Of a DNA stretch of 64,000 nt, positions 41,352 through 52,190 are shown in pieces; positions within the stretch are counted from its first letter, which is position 1; the number at the start of each line of letters is the position of its first letter. The notes beneath the pieces are model-generated. The model was not told where the DNA came from. It searched no databases and was given only the letters and a program-made list of their open reading frames with translations. Location: positions 64,001-128,000 of the forward strand of contig JAWAHS010000001.1 of the NCBI GenBank assembly GCA_038889075.1, written 5' to 3'. The DNA is from Ignisphaera sp. (GTDB taxonomy: Archaea > Thermoproteota > Thermoprotei_A > Sulfolobales > Ignisphaeraceae). The translations under genes and the position numbers were made by a program.

Positions 41352-42632
41352 ATGAAGATCTTAATCATTGTTATTGATGGTGCAGGAGATACTTTAAAAT
41401 ACAGACCAACATCGTTAGAACTAGCATCAAAGCCAGGTATGGATGCTCTATCTAGAAGATCAGTTGCAGGATGTTTCTATCCAATAGATAGTGAAACTCC
41501 ACCAGAGAGTGATGCAGCGGTATTTTCAATACTTGGCTACGATCCTAGGAAAATTAGTATTGGTCGGGGACTTCTAGAAGCGTTAGGTGTTGGTGTAAGA
41601 ATTAAAGAAGGTTATGAAGTTGCATTTAGAGCTAATTTTGCTACGGTAGATCCTATTACTAGAAGAATTATTGATAGAAGGGTGGGAAGGAGCTTAAGCT
41701 CGCATGAAGCACGGGAACTCGCTAAATCGATTGATGGTATTGAGTTAGGAATTCATGGTGGATATGCAAGGGTTATTGCCTCTATAGGTCATAGAGCCGT
41801 TGTTATCATAGGTAGTAGTAGGAGAATGTTAAGTGCAGAGGTATCTAATACTGATCCCGCTTATGCTAAAGAAGGCAAGCTCTCAATTGCATTAAAAAGC
41901 TTTAAACCATTTGTAGAACCATGTAGAGCCGTGAATGGTTCAGAAACAGCTAAAATTACATGTGATCTTGTCAATGAATTCACAAGCAAGGTTATAAACA
42001 TTTTAGAGAATCATCCCATAAACATTGAACGTGCAGCAAAGGGTTTACCAAAAGCCAATATACTACTACTACGGGATGCCGAAAACAACTATCCATCTAT
42101 AGAACCTATAAATAATCTCTATAATAAAAAATTTGGCATCGTTGCAGAGATGCCTGTTGAGAAAGGTATAGGTACAATTCTCGGTATGGATGTAGCACTA
42201 GTGCCGGAACCGAGTGGAGATCCCCATATAGATTACAGTGAGAGATTAAATGCAACACTAAAACTTTTAGAAAAGAATGATGTTGTTTACGTACATCTTA
42301 AAGGACCTGATGAACCAGGACATGATGGAGAAAAGAATAGAAAAGTCAGATCGATAGAAACTATAGATAGCTACTTTATTCAACCTCTTATAAATAGTAT
42401 AGATTTAAATAGCACAGCGATAATTATCACATCGGATCACGCTACACCACCAGAATTAAGGGCCCATAGCAGCGATCCAGTACCAATAATAGTTGCTTAC
42501 AACGGTTTGAAGAAGGTTGATGGACTTGAGAGGTTTACTGAATATGAATGTTGCACCAAGGGATCTCTAGGCATATTTGCTAATGGTTTTAGTGTTCTCA
42601 GAAAAATATTTACAGTTTTAGAACAGCTGTGA
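41352..42632 (+). CDS. apgM: 2,3-bisphosphoglycerate-independent phosphoglycerate mutase (archaeal)
   Basis: IDGAGD, PESD, GRGLLEALG, AFRANFAT, IDRR, KGPDEPGHDG, TSDHATP, HSSDPVP. Confidence 0.92.
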   Translation: MKILIIVIDGAGDTLKYRPTSLELASKPGMDALSRRSVAGCFYPIDSETPPESDAAVFSILGYDPRKISIGRGLLEALGVGVRIKEGYEVAFRANFATVDPITRRIIDRRVGRSLSSHEARELAKSIDGIELGIHGGYARVIASIGHRAVVIIGSSRRMLSAEVSNTDPAYAKEGKLSIALKSFKPFVEPCRAVNGSETAKITCDLVNEFTSKVINILENHPINIERAAKGLPKANILLLRDAENNYPSIEPINNLYNKKFGIVAEMPVEKGIGTILGMDVALVPEPSGDPHIDYSERLNATLKLLEKNDVVYVHLKGPDEPGHDGEKNRKVRSIETIDSYFIQPLINSIDLNSTAIIITSDHATPPELRAHSSDPVPIIVAYNGLKKVDGLERFTEYECCTKGSLGIFANGFSVLRKIFTVLEQL

Positions 42633-42652
42633 TAATGATAGTGATCATCTGC

Positions 42653-42703
42653 ATGATGACGGCACCTCCTACCTGAAATAATGATGAACGGTAAGAGTGC
42701 TGA
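42653..42703 (+). ncRNA. C/D-box guide sRNA
   Basis: ATGATGA (42653)-cggcacctcctac-CTGA (42673)-aata-ATGATGA (42681)-acggtaagagtg-CTGA (42700); all four boxes match the consensus. Confidence 0.92.
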
Positions 42704-42735
42704 ATGATTTAAAGATTCAGCATGGTGTGTATATC

Positions 42736-43740
42736 TTGAAAGGTTATGTAATAGGCGTAGATATAGGTGCAACTTGGACGAGAATTGCATTAGCAAATAT
42801 GGAAGGTACAATTCTAGACAAGCATGTCTTTAGAACTCCGAGAGAGGGTAACAAATACACAATTGCAGAAGTCTTAACTACAAATATTATCCAACATTAT
42901 AGCGAGTATCTGGGCGATGTAAAAGCTATTGGAATAGGTACGGCAGGACCCCTTGAACTATCAACAGGCATGGTTATCAATTCACCAAACATTCCCATAC
43001 GTACTTTTGAGTTAGCAAGACCTATCCAAGATATTCTAAGAAAACCTGTTATAATGGCAAATGATTGCGTAGCAGCAGTCTGGGGAGAAAAAATACTTGG
43101 TTTAGGAAGAGACTATAGCAATGTTGTATATATAACGATTAGCAGTGGTATAGGTGGTGGTATGGTTGTGAACGATACATTACTATTGGGTAAAATGGGA
43201 AATGCTCATGAAATTGGGCATACTATTGTAGATGTAAATGGTCGGATGAAGTGTGGCTGTGGAGGATATGGTCATTGGGAGGCATATGCCAGTGGTGTGA
43301 ATATACCTAAATTTACAGGTATTCTTTTAAGTGAAATTAACGTGAATGCTGATGAAAGACTCTCACCTATATATAAAGCATTTATGGACGGCACCTTAAC
43401 AACAGAGCTAATCTATAGTGAGGCTAGTAAGGGAGATAAACTCGCACTTAGGATAGTAAGTGAAGTTAATAAATACAATATAGCTGGCTTTGAAAATGTT
43501 ATAAATCTTTACGATCCAGAATTGATAACAGTAGGTGGAGCAGTTGTACTAAGGAATAGAGAGCTAGTATTCAGAGAAATAGTTAATGGAGTTGCAAATT
43601 CAAGGGGTGTGATAACACCTTTACCAAAAATTGAGATTACACCATTTGGAGATGATATTGTACTTATAGGTGCGATAGCATTAGCAATAACACCTCCTCA
43701 GAACCTAATTAAAATGCTTAAATACATACAGCATATATGA
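42736..43740 (+). CDS. ROK-family sugar kinase (glucokinase-like)
   Basis: GVDIGAT, NDC, SSGIGGG, EIGH, CGCGGYGHWEAYASG; start moved to TTG 42736 behind GGTG because the ORF-track start lies inside the sRNA. Confidence 0.9.
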   Translation: MKGYVIGVDIGATWTRIALANMEGTILDKHVFRTPREGNKYTIAEVLTTNIIQHYSEYLGDVKAIGIGTAGPLELSTGMVINSPNIPIRTFELARPIQDILRKPVIMANDCVAAVWGEKILGLGRDYSNVVYITISSGIGGGMVVNDTLLLGKMGNAHEIGHTIVDVNGRMKCGCGGYGHWEAYASGVNIPKFTGILLSEINVNADERLSPIYKAFMDGTLTTELIYSEASKGDKLALRIVSEVNKYNIAGFENVINLYDPELITVGGAVVLRNRELVFREIVNGVANSRGVITPLPKIEITPFGDDIVLIGAIALAITPPQNLIKMLKYIQHI

Positions 43741-43746
43741 AGATCC

Positions 43747-44682
43747 ATGTTGCTAAAAATAGTTAATGTGGATAGAAAAATCGATCTGAATAAGTTGCTT
43801 TATCCATCCTTTATCCTTCCACTTGTTGAGATGAATACGATAACTAATGAGCTATTTAAGAGGTGGGGCTACTGTAAAAATCTTAAAATAAGAAAAGATA
43901 ATGGTAATATTGTAATAGCACATGAAGAAAAGAGATGTATTGAATATGCAGATGAAATTCTTGGTCTGTGGTTTGACATTGATAGGTATAGAAAGGATGT
44001 TAGTAAGAATTATCAGGAACTGATTGAAGGAATGATAGAAACGCATGGTAAGATAGGAATAGCGACGTCATCTAATGATGATGTCGAAATCTTCTCATCG
44101 ATATTCTTATCACGTGCAACAGATTTTCATAGAAACACTGTTCGATGGCTTAGGAACGCATTTTCTATGTTTGAAAATATAAACAGAATTGCATATTTAG
44201 ATAACCTTGATTCTATTCTTACAAGTGTAGGTAACAGTTTCCAGATTAAGCAATGGGTTGCTGTGCTTAGAGACTACCTTAATTTAAGAAATGCAATTAG
44301 ATGTGAAATTGATATTCAAAGCATTAAGAGCCGTCTACTTAGGATGAAATTTGTGGGTCCTAAGGTAACATATGCATACATTCTCTTTATCTTAAAAAAC
44401 ACTAGTTATGCACCAATAGATAGAAACTTTTTAGAATTCCTTAAAAGATTCTCCGTAACTAGACCACTTATTGGAGCCATCCCCCAGAAAAGGTTGTGTA
44501 TGGTATATACTTGTGAACATTGTACATATAAAAAAGTATGTACATTATACAGGGTAAGAAGTGCTTTTGGTCATATGAGTGGCTGGCTTCAGACTATGGC
44601 ATATCTACATGTTAAAACATTGTGCAATACAGGAGGGTGTAACATTTGTAGACTTAGAGATCAATGTCTAATAGTCAAATAG
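43747..44682 (+). CDS. HhH-GPD superfamily DNA glycosylase-like protein with Cys clusters
   Basis: LLRMKFVGPKV (HhH), APIDRN, C..CEHC..C and C-terminal C..CNICRLRDQC. Confidence 0.6.
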   Translation: MLLKIVNVDRKIDLNKLLYPSFILPLVEMNTITNELFKRWGYCKNLKIRKDNGNIVIAHEEKRCIEYADEILGLWFDIDRYRKDVSKNYQELIEGMIETHGKIGIATSSNDDVEIFSSIFLSRATDFHRNTVRWLRNAFSMFENINRIAYLDNLDSILTSVGNSFQIKQWVAVLRDYLNLRNAIRCEIDIQSIKSRLLRMKFVGPKVTYAYILFILKNTSYAPIDRNFLEFLKRFSVTRPLIGAIPQKRLCMVYTCEHCTYKKVCTLYRVRSAFGHMSGWLQTMAYLHVKTLCNTGGCNICRLRDQCLIVK

Positions 44683-45372
44683 ATTGAGAGCGTTTTCTAC
44701 ACCCTCTATAACCCTTGAAAGCACGATCCATGTCTCAAGAGTTTTCGGGTATATAGATACCTCCATCTTTGCAAGCCTTGCAGTAGATTCTTCGAAGTCG
44801 CCATGTTGAAAACCACCAATGATCACACATACCCTCTTTCCATTATTCATAAGATCGGCAATAAAGTTACCTAGGGCAATAGGAGATAATCTCACACCCG
44901 TCTCACGTAATAGTATAGTTTCATCGAAACTATTTTCATATACAAATTGGTTTAACGATTTGTTTTCTATGACCATTAGAGGTTTGTCAGAATCGGGAGG
45001 CACCCTCCCAATTTTAAGAAGCTGCTCCATTAAACCTACAAATCTATTATAATTTCGTGGAATTCTGGTCTTGGGATCTACATGTATCAATACATCATTT
45101 AACGTATGAATGTAGAATCTCAGTAGACCAACATCATTTAATGGTGAGGATAGTGCGAGTAGAAGGGATGTATGGACTATATCAGGACGGCCACGTTTAT
45201 ACCATTTCGGTAGAGATTTCATAGCTCTATAGTGCAAGGAAATATCTAAAAGAATTTCCCATGTGCTCTTCCCTCTCCTTCTAGCACTTTTTACAACAGA
45301 GATATGGCTTTGAATCTCCTTTGGAACGAGTTCTAACCCGGATTCCGCTAGAATGATCGTTAATGGATGCAT
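44668..45372 (-). CDS. nep1: 16S rRNA pseudouridine N1-methyltransferase Nep1/EMG1
   Basis: LAESGLELVP, RGRPDIVH, SPLN, RIPRNYNRFVGLMEQLL, IGGFQHGDF. Confidence 0.93.
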   Translation of the reverse strand: MHPLTIILAESGLELVPKEIQSHISVVKSARRRGKSTWEILLDISLHYRAMKSLPKWYKRGRPDIVHTSLLLALSSPLNDVGLLRFYIHTLNDVLIHVDPKTRIPRNYNRFVGLMEQLLKIGRVPPDSDKPLMVIENKSLNQFVYENSFDETILLRETGVRLSPIALGNFIADLMNNGKRVCVIIGGFQHGDFEESTARLAKMEVSIYPKTLETWIVLSRVIEGVENALNLFDY

Positions 45373-45479
45373 TCTAATCCCTACCACTATTTTCAAATAA
45401 TTCTAATAATGGTATCTTAAATTTTGCTTAACATTTAAATTTCAAATGCAAGTTTGATATGTAGAAGAATATTGGAAGG

Positions 45480-45998
45480 GTGAATATATTGTCTACTAAG
45501 AGGGATTTAGAAGTAAGAAGACATGCAATTTATGAAGACAAAGTTTTAGGAGCTTTCTATAGATTATTGGTGTCACACTCTCGTAGTCTAGCTCTATATG
45601 TAGACTTTTCACCATTACGCTATCCGTTGATAAAGATATTAATTACGCTAACAGCAGCTGATGACCAAGAGATTGAGACCGGCAAATTAATAGGTACAGC
45701 TCTAGTAGAGATGGTTCTAAATATAGAAAGTCTATATAGGGATAAAATTGATTTCGATAAGGATATAGTTTCAGTAAGGTTAGCATGTGAACATGGATGG
45801 ATCACATACGAATACACTGTTTTAAGATCAGAACAAGGCATTCCGTATGCATCTAAATTATGGATGCATATGGTGGAGGGCAAACCACAGCGTGAAATTA
45901 TTGAGGTTAACGAAGAATTCATTAAATATGTGGATGAGATTGTTAGGAAGATCGTTATAGAGGCTAAAAAAGTCCTTGAAGATGATGGTTACATTTAA
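45480..45998 (+). CDS. Hypothetical protein
   Basis: 172-aa ORF, GTG start; no motif recognised. Confidence 0.6.
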   Translation: MNILSTKRDLEVRRHAIYEDKVLGAFYRLLVSHSRSLALYVDFSPLRYPLIKILITLTAADDQEIETGKLIGTALVEMVLNIESLYRDKIDFDKDIVSVRLACEHGWITYEYTVLRSEQGIPYASKLWMHMVEGKPQREIIEVNEEFIKYVDEIVRKIVIEAKKVLEDDGYI

Positions 45999-46098
45999 AC
46001 AGCGTGATTATAATAGTGTATCGCTTACAGTTTATTTAACCCAAAAATATCTGGCTCCTAAGATCTGTGGCTGTGTAGCTGCAGAGAGGTACTGCTAT

Positions 46099-47157
46099 AT
46101 GAAGTACACCAATAGTGGAATTGTAGGTTGGGGGGTATACGTACCAAGGTACAGAATCTCCGCAAGAGACATCGCAAGAGCATGGGGTTACGACTTAGAT
46201 GCTCCCAATAACATCTGGATTGAAGAAAAGTCTGTAGGGAATATCGATGAGGATACTATAACCATAGGATACCAAGCATCATTGAATGCTATTAAAAGAG
46301 CTGGTATAAATCCGAGAGACATAGATGCTATATACTTAGGTACAGAAAGCAAGCCGTATGCCGTAAAGCCAGGTGCATCTATAATTGCTGAAGCCCTTGG
46401 AATTAAACCAGCACATCAAGTCGCTGATTTAGAGTTTGCATGTAGAGCTAGTAGTGAGGCAATTAGGATTGGCGCATCCTTAGTAGAGAGTGGGGCAGCT
46501 AGATATGTACTGGCAATAGGTGCGGATACTTCACAGAGTAGTCCAGGGGACGTGCTAGAATTTACAGCGAGTAGTGGTGGCGCGGCATACATCATAGGAT
46601 CACGGTCGAGAGCTGTTGCATATTTTGAGGGGTGTACAACTTATTCCACAGATACACCCGATTTCTGGAGAAGAGATGGGGCACCTTATCCCAGACACGG
46701 TGAAGGGTTTACTGGTGAGCCGGCATACTTTAATCATATACTTTTAGCTACTAAGCTATTAATGGAGGAATTAGGATTGAAGGTTTCAGACTTTGACTAT
46801 GCTGTGTTCCATCAACCAAATGGTAAATTCCCTCTTAGGGTTGGATCAATGCTCGGGCTGCCAAAGGAGAAAATATTACCAGGGTTGGTAACCCCGTATA
46901 TTGGAAACACGTATAATGGAGCAGTGCTAATAGGACTTGCAAAGATTTTGGAAGAAGCAAAACCTGGTCAGAGGATACTTGTTGTTTCATTTGGTAGTGG
47001 TGCTGGTAGTGATGCATTTAGTATTGTGGTAACTGATAGGATAGAAGATGTGATTGATAAAGCACCTAGGGTTTCATATTATATTAATAGGAAAATCCCA
47101 ATATCATATGACATGTATCTAAAGATGAAAGGGTTGATCAATAGATATAGGCTTTAA
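46099..47157 (+). CDS. Hydroxymethylglutaryl-CoA synthase (archaeal)
   Basis: [67 protein letters not shown]; GAGG RBS before ATG 46099. Confidence 0.93.
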   Translation: MKYTNSGIVGWGVYVPRYRISARDIARAWGYDLDAPNNIWIEEKSVGNIDEDTITIGYQASLNAIKRAGINPRDIDAIYLGTESKPYAVKPGASIIAEALGIKPAHQVADLEFACRASSEAIRIGASLVESGAARYVLAIGADTSQSSPGDVLEFTASSGGAAYIIGSRSRAVAYFEGCTTYSTDTPDFWRRDGAPYPRHGEGFTGEPAYFNHILLATKLLMEELGLKVSDFDYAVFHQPNGKFPLRVGSMLGLPKEKILPGLVTPYIGNTYNGAVLIGLAKILEEAKPGQRILVVSFGSGAGSDAFSIVVTDRIEDVIDKAPRVSYYINRKIPISYDMYLKMKGLINRYRL

Positions 47158-47342
47158 CACTTATAGTTATCTAAGCATAGATTTAGTCGCTTTGCTAACG
47201 AACATAGAGTATCGACACCGACAATGGCCTTAGAACCCTTTTCACCCTTGAGTATAGCTGTTCTACCAATAATTTTAACAGAAGTTTTTTCACACATTTT
47301 ACAAGCCTTAGGAACATCTTTGAGTTTGATCCTTATATTCAG
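47154..47342 (-). CDS. Small Cys-containing protein, putative CTG start; missing from the ORF track
   Basis: Own translation (M)[61 protein letters not shown]; fills the gap between two genes; an internal ATG would give a shorter product. Confidence 0.5.
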   Translation of the reverse strand: MNIRIKLKDVPKACKMCEKTSVKIIGRTAILKGEKGSKAIVGVDTLCSLAKRLNLCLDNYKC

Positions 47343-47369
47343 TTTATCTAGCTATGCTATTAAATCAGA

Positions 47370-47825
47370 CTATTCCATGTCTAGATAATCCTCGTATTCA
47401 TTACCAATATCCATATTCTCTTCAGTAGGACCGCCTTTCATTTCCTTTAATATCTCTCCCAAGGGTTTCCCATATTTTCTTAGCCTTGCAGCTACATTAC
47501 CCCATCTAGCTCTAAATTTCGATGGTACCAGAGGTCTGACTCTCTTTGTTGTCCTTCTGGGAACGTAATTCTGTTCCATACCAGGAATTGCCAGAGTACC
47601 GTCTGGAAGTTCTATAATTTCATCTCGTTCTATAAGTCTTATTAATACTTTCCTAAGTCTATCTTCACCTGCTATTCCAGCAAAACGTTCTCTAAGTTCT
47701 TTCCATGAGATGGGTTTACCATTGTTACTTATGGTTTCCTTTACAAGACGCTCTAGTTCATCTTCTGCAGGCGCCTTAAACACCTCAATATCTAGGTCTT
47801 CATAAAGTTTTTTAAGGCCTATCAC
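47370..47825 (-). CDS. Conserved crenarchaeal winged-helix-like protein
   Basis: PISWKELRERF..GEDRLRKVLIRLIERDEIIE wHTH-like pattern. Confidence 0.7.
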   Translation of the reverse strand: MIGLKKLYEDLDIEVFKAPAEDELERLVKETISNNGKPISWKELRERFAGIAGEDRLRKVLIRLIERDEIIELPDGTLAIPGMEQNYVPRRTTKRVRPLVPSKFRARWGNVAARLRKYGKPLGEILKEMKGGPTEENMDIGNEYEDYLDME

Positions 47826-47999
47826 TATGTCTCACCCATATACTTTTTTTCTAATATTTTAAATATCCATAAAAATTTATAAACTTTTCTATAATGAACT
47901 CCTCTACACTAAATATCCTACACCTTTATTATTTTACAAAGATAGGCGATATGATGTTTAAATAGTAAGACTGCATAGAGACTAGCAGTAGTGTGGACA

Positions 48000-48290
48000 A
48001 TGCCAAAGTATACAATTAAACTAATAGTAACAAGTTTAAATCCTGATGATTTTATTAAATGTAGCATTATAGCTAACAGGGTTAGAAAATATACGAAGAA
48101 ATATGTTGACATCCACATACTTTTTGTACCTAATACAACCGGTTTTAGTGGAATTATAGTTGAGGATGAAGATGTGATTCGTTGTGATGATGAGACAGAA
48201 TCCATAGAAAGGGTTATAGAAGGAATTTCAAGATTTATATCTAAGAGAAAATTCGTTGAACCTGAGATAGCAGCCGGCATTCTAAAATAA
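48000..48290 (+). CDS. Hypothetical protein (possible degenerate thioredoxin fold)
   Basis: 96-aa ORF; alpha/beta pattern only. Confidence 0.5.
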   Translation: MPKYTIKLIVTSLNPDDFIKCSIIANRVRKYTKKYVDIHILFVPNTTGFSGIIVEDEDVIRCDDETESIERVIEGISRFISKRKFVEPEIAAGILK

Positions 48291-48347
48291 ATAGCGATAG
48301 AGAAGATATCAGCTTTTTAAGTCCTGAGCAACACACTTGTCTTAAGC

Positions 48348-49085
48348 ATGAGGTTGAATGTCATGGCTTTATACATAGATGAAAGAGAGCTTGTTATCGA
48401 AATACTCTCGAGTTTAAAGAGATTCTTTAAATTTAAGGAACTTGAAACAATTCTAGGTATATCAATTCCGACATTATGGAGATATATTCATGGCGATATC
48501 AAACCAAGTCAAGATAGATCTAGGCAGATGATTATGAAATTGCTGGATAGCAATATGATTGATGTGATTAAGGAAAAGGTAATTAAAACAGATGAAGAGG
48601 GGCTAATCAATGTCTATACTCTCGCGTACAACCTCGATATTCTTACTATAGCTTCGATAGATGCAATGCTATGGGCACAAAATATGGGATTTACATCGGT
48701 TGCAACTGTAGAGACTGATGGCATACCGCTTGCTACATTAATAGCAAAAAGACTTGACATAAAAATGGTTGTGATAAAGAGAAAAAAGGAGGTTGGTTTC
48801 GATAAATTTATTGAAGTAAGTTATATTGCACGAACACCTCCTGAAGTAGTATCGCTATACCTACCTGAGGGTATAGTGGAGTATGGAGATAAAGTATTAA
48901 TTGTAGATGATCTCGTTAGAAGTGGCCGTACTAGCGTTGCATTGTTTGAATTGATTAGAAGGGCGGGTGCTAGACCCGCAGGGTTTTACGCCCTTATCAG
49001 CATAGGGGATACTTGGAGAGATGTTGTAGAAAGATATGTAGGATCTAATTATAGAGTCTTATTTAGGGTCGGCTCCTTTAAATAA
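48348..49085 (+). CDS. HTH-phosphoribosyltransferase fusion (PurR-like regulator/purine PRTase)
   Basis: N-terminal HTH FKELETILGISIPTLWRY; VETDGIPLA; PRPP motif VLIVDDLVRSGRT. Confidence 0.85.
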   Translation: MRLNVMALYIDERELVIEILSSLKRFFKFKELETILGISIPTLWRYIHGDIKPSQDRSRQMIMKLLDSNMIDVIKEKVIKTDEEGLINVYTLAYNLDILTIASIDAMLWAQNMGFTSVATVETDGIPLATLIAKRLDIKMVVIKRKKEVGFDKFIEVSYIARTPPEVVSLYLPEGIVEYGDKVLIVDDLVRSGRTSVALFELIRRAGARPAGFYALISIGDTWRDVVERYVGSNYRVLFRVGSFK

Positions 49086-49141
49086 ATTTAATAGCCGAAC
49101 CTCCTATGTATTGATTAATATTTTTAGTAAATGGTGTTGTC

Positions 49142-49753
49142 ATGGTCGTCAAAAAAATTGCTGTACTTCAGAATATTAAATATAGGGAATGCAATGGAAT
49201 TATCAATAGAATAATTGATGGAGATGTAGACATCATTGTTATTTGTGGGGGGATCAGAGAATGCAGAAATGTAATTGATGTACCTAAAAATGTGTTTGGC
49301 ATTGTAGATCTAGAGGACGATGTGCATATTATAAAGCTTATGAAGAATAGAAATGTGTATATAGCAGGTAAGTGGAAGCTGTTAGAAGACGGTATCTGTA
49401 TAGGGGGTATTGATGCTAAGAATCCAGTTCAAAATCTTTTGATGATAATAGAAGAGCTACCGTATGGATGTAAGAATCTAGTTTTAGTGTCACGCTATCC
49501 AATAATAGGTTTAGATTGTTCTTCGATAGAAATATTCAAAAAGAAAATCTCGATAGGATTTACAACCAGTCTAATAGAGAAATTGCTGAATCGAATAGAA
49601 AAGATGGTGTTCATTTGTTGTAACAATACCTTAGATGGAGTTTGCACTGGGACCCCTATTAATGATAGATTTGTAAATGTATCTCTAATTGGGCATTTCA
49701 CAAAGATCACCATAGATTTTACTAATATTAGAAAAATTGCTATTGAGTACTAA
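49142..49753 (+). CDS. Degenerate calcineurin-like phosphoesterase homolog
   Basis: Motif order is kept (KIAVLQNI, DIIVICGGI, GIVDLEDD, LVSRYP) but the metal-binding D/H residues are replaced. Confidence 0.5.
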   Translation: MVVKKIAVLQNIKYRECNGIINRIIDGDVDIIVICGGIRECRNVIDVPKNVFGIVDLEDDVHIIKLMKNRNVYIAGKWKLLEDGICIGGIDAKNPVQNLLMIIEELPYGCKNLVLVSRYPIIGLDCSSIEIFKKKISIGFTTSLIEKLLNRIEKMVFICCNNTLDGVCTGTPINDRFVNVSLIGHFTKITIDFTNIRKIAIEY

Positions 49754-49768
49754 AAATGGTGATCGTTA

Positions 49769-51319
49769 CTGAGCTTTGTTGTACGTAGGACAAGAAAGGA
49801 ATTTATAAGATTCGTAAAGAAAGGAAAATCCAGTGATATAAAGATAGGCATTCTTATGCCAATGCCATACAACGCTGCTATCAACTCACTATTTTTTCAA
49901 ACAGCTTACGAATACATAAATAGTTTGGAGGGTGCTATAGCATACAGATACGTATACGACATCAAGAATGATGTATTGGAGGCTCTCGATACAGAGGCCA
50001 ATCTCAATAATCTTGATGCAGTCTTTATATCTTTATCTTTCGAGCTCGACTATGTAAATATTGCTAGAATTCTAGATAAACTCAATCTTTTACATCGATA
50101 TAAAGGTTATAGAAAACCTATATTAATTGCTGGAGGCATAGCTGTTACTTCAAATCCATTACCATTAAGTGGTATTGTCGATGCTGTTGTGATTGGCGAA
50201 GCTGATGAGATATTGAAAGAGCTTGTATATACTATGGGTGAAGATAGACCTTTTAATTATTTAGAAGATTTTAGTTGCATTTCTCTATTACCAATCAGAA
50301 ATAAGGTGAAAAGATGTTTTACTAGGGAGCTTAATCAAGCTCTGCATGCAATAAATCAGTTCTTTGCTATAGATGAAGAGCCTGTGTATGGATATGGAAT
50401 GAGGGTTGAGGTTTCTAGAGGATGTCCATATCTATGTGCATTTTGCATGGAAGGACACGTTCAGCATCCATTTAGGTATAGAAGTATGGAAGTATTGTGG
50501 AGAATTATAGAAAGAGGTTTAGAGAGTAACAGTGTTAAAAGGGTTATCTTGTATTCACTAGCATTATTTAGCGTACCGTTCATTGACATGTTATTAAGGA
50601 AATTTAGAGAGCACTCCATTAAGGTATCCTTTCCATCCCTACGAATTGACCATATAACCAAAGAACGTTTAGAGATGATTAGAACCTTGGGTCAGAGAAC
50701 ATTAACGATAGCTCCTGAAACCCTTATAAAAGGGATAGCATGTTTGATTGGTAAATGTTATGATACGGATCATCTCGAGGACATTATCAAAGAAAGTTTA
50801 AATTATAATTTTGATCATGTTAAACTATATTTAATTACAGGTTTTCCTAAAATGAGCATAGATGAGGAAGTGAATACATTTAGAAAATTCTTAACTAAAC
50901 TTTCATGGATAAGAAAATCAGGATTTTTAAGGGTCGTCCTCAATCCTCTTGTACCAAAACCATGGACGCCATACCAATTCTTACCACCTAAAATAATACT
51001 TAACTTAGCAGAAAACCTCAATCACTATCATAAGGTAGCAAAAGAATTTAATTTTGTTAGAATAGAGTCTATTGATTATAGATGGGCGTTTGCGCAAGCT
51101 ATATTAGCCCAAGGTGATGAAAAGATATCCGAGCTTGTAATTCAATGGGGTAGATATGGATCTAGCCTAAGAGGATTCTATAGAGTATTAGAATCATTAA
51201 ACATTATGTCTACGGATTACATCCATAATGGTTGGAGGGAACCACCATGGTATGAAATTATAGACATGGGTCTTCCATTTAATTATTTTAAAATGAGATA
51301 CCAATATCTCATTAGTTAA
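49769..51319 (+). CDS. Radical SAM protein with B12-binding-like N-terminal domain, putative CTG start
   Basis: SFELDY, AGGIAVTSNP, IGEAD, EVSRGCPYLCAFC, TIAPET, KLYLITG, VPKPWTP; frame open back to TGA 49760; GGTGA RBS 6 nt before CTG 49769. Confidence 0.82.
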   Translation: MSFVVRRTRKEFIRFVKKGKSSDIKIGILMPMPYNAAINSLFFQTAYEYINSLEGAIAYRYVYDIKNDVLEALDTEANLNNLDAVFISLSFELDYVNIARILDKLNLLHRYKGYRKPILIAGGIAVTSNPLPLSGIVDAVVIGEADEILKELVYTMGEDRPFNYLEDFSCISLLPIRNKVKRCFTRELNQALHAINQFFAIDEEPVYGYGMRVEVSRGCPYLCAFCMEGHVQHPFRYRSMEVLWRIIERGLESNSVKRVILYSLALFSVPFIDMLLRKFREHSIKVSFPSLRIDHITKERLEMIRTLGQRTLTIAPETLIKGIACLIGKCYDTDHLEDIIKESLNYNFDHVKLYLITGFPKMSIDEEVNTFRKFLTKLSWIRKSGFLRVVLNPLVPKPWTPYQFLPPKIILNLAENLNHYHKVAKEFNFVRIESIDYRWAFAQAILAQGDEKISELVIQWGRYGSSLRGFYRVLESLNIMSTDYIHNGWREPPWYEIIDMGLPFNYFKMRYQYLIS

Positions 51320-52190
51320 TTTGAATAATTAGAGGAGCTTTTATACTTTTTGAAATACTATTAAAATTGAGCAACTCTACCTTTTTGATAAGGTGGTCTC
51401 TGTATACATTGAAAACCTCTATACCTGTAGCAATGTCACCAAATTTCATAGTTAGAATATGCTTCTCAGCATCCGGATGTAATAGACTATCTAATCTTAA
51501 TGTTGATAATATAGATGGATGTATAATTATAATTGAAGCATCTTGGTGGCTTTTTAAAATGATGTTGTTAACTAATGGATCAGGTGAAGCCAGTATAACA
51601 GCATCAAATTTTCTACCATTATTATATATAGACACATGTTCACCTTTTATTAGTTCAGGCCATAGGGTATATCTAGGAATTATTGCAAATTTTGAAGAAT
51701 ACAACATAGAATAATATGCAAATGGTAATATAGAAATATCGTTACCAACAATTAAGGTGCTGAGTCCTTTAATGGTGTCAAGAACCTTTTTATGAATAGA
51801 AAGTGAAGCTATAAGTAACATTTCTAAGTCGTTAAATGCTTTTTGAGATGCCTCTAGGACATACTTTATATCAATGCTGTATATGCTTTGGCATGCACCA
51901 TCGACCTCTATAGGAGCATTAGCTGATACAGGAAATACTATCACTCTGCTACCTTCAGAGATGCCTTGAACACTTACACCAATTCCTACCACCTTGCCTA
52001 TCGCAATGGTACCTAACACCCGTTTATAATCTTTAGAAACTGTAAAACATTTGCTCAATGCCTCATCGGCTATCGACAGGTAAACATATTTTACCTCTAC
52101 TAAAATCTCATCTTTTCTTAACAGAGAACCAGTATAGCTATCAATAGTTGCGTCACCACAGTAGTGTACAATAACTCTCTTATATGATAT
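51312..52190 (-). CDS. Degenerate MDR/alcohol dehydrogenase-like protein, putative ATA start
   Basis: Extended N-terminus YKRVIVH..DEILVEVKYV, then VLG..AIGKVVGIG..V..ISEGSRV (GroES-like); lacks Zn ligands and GxGxxG; GAGGTG RBS 7 nt before ATA 52190. Confidence 0.65.
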   Translation of the reverse strand: MSYKRVIVHYCGDATIDSYTGSLLRKDEILVEVKYVYLSIADEALSKCFTVSKDYKRVLGTIAIGKVVGIGVSVQGISEGSRVIVFPVSANAPIEVDGACQSIYSIDIKYVLEASQKAFNDLEMLLIASLSIHKKVLDTIKGLSTLIVGNDISILPFAYYSMLYSSKFAIIPRYTLWPELIKGEHVSIYNNGRKFDAVILASPDPLVNNIILKSHQDASIIIIHPSILSTLRLDSLLHPDAEKHILTMKFGDIATGIEVFNVYRDHLIKKVELLNFNSISKSIKAPLIIQIN

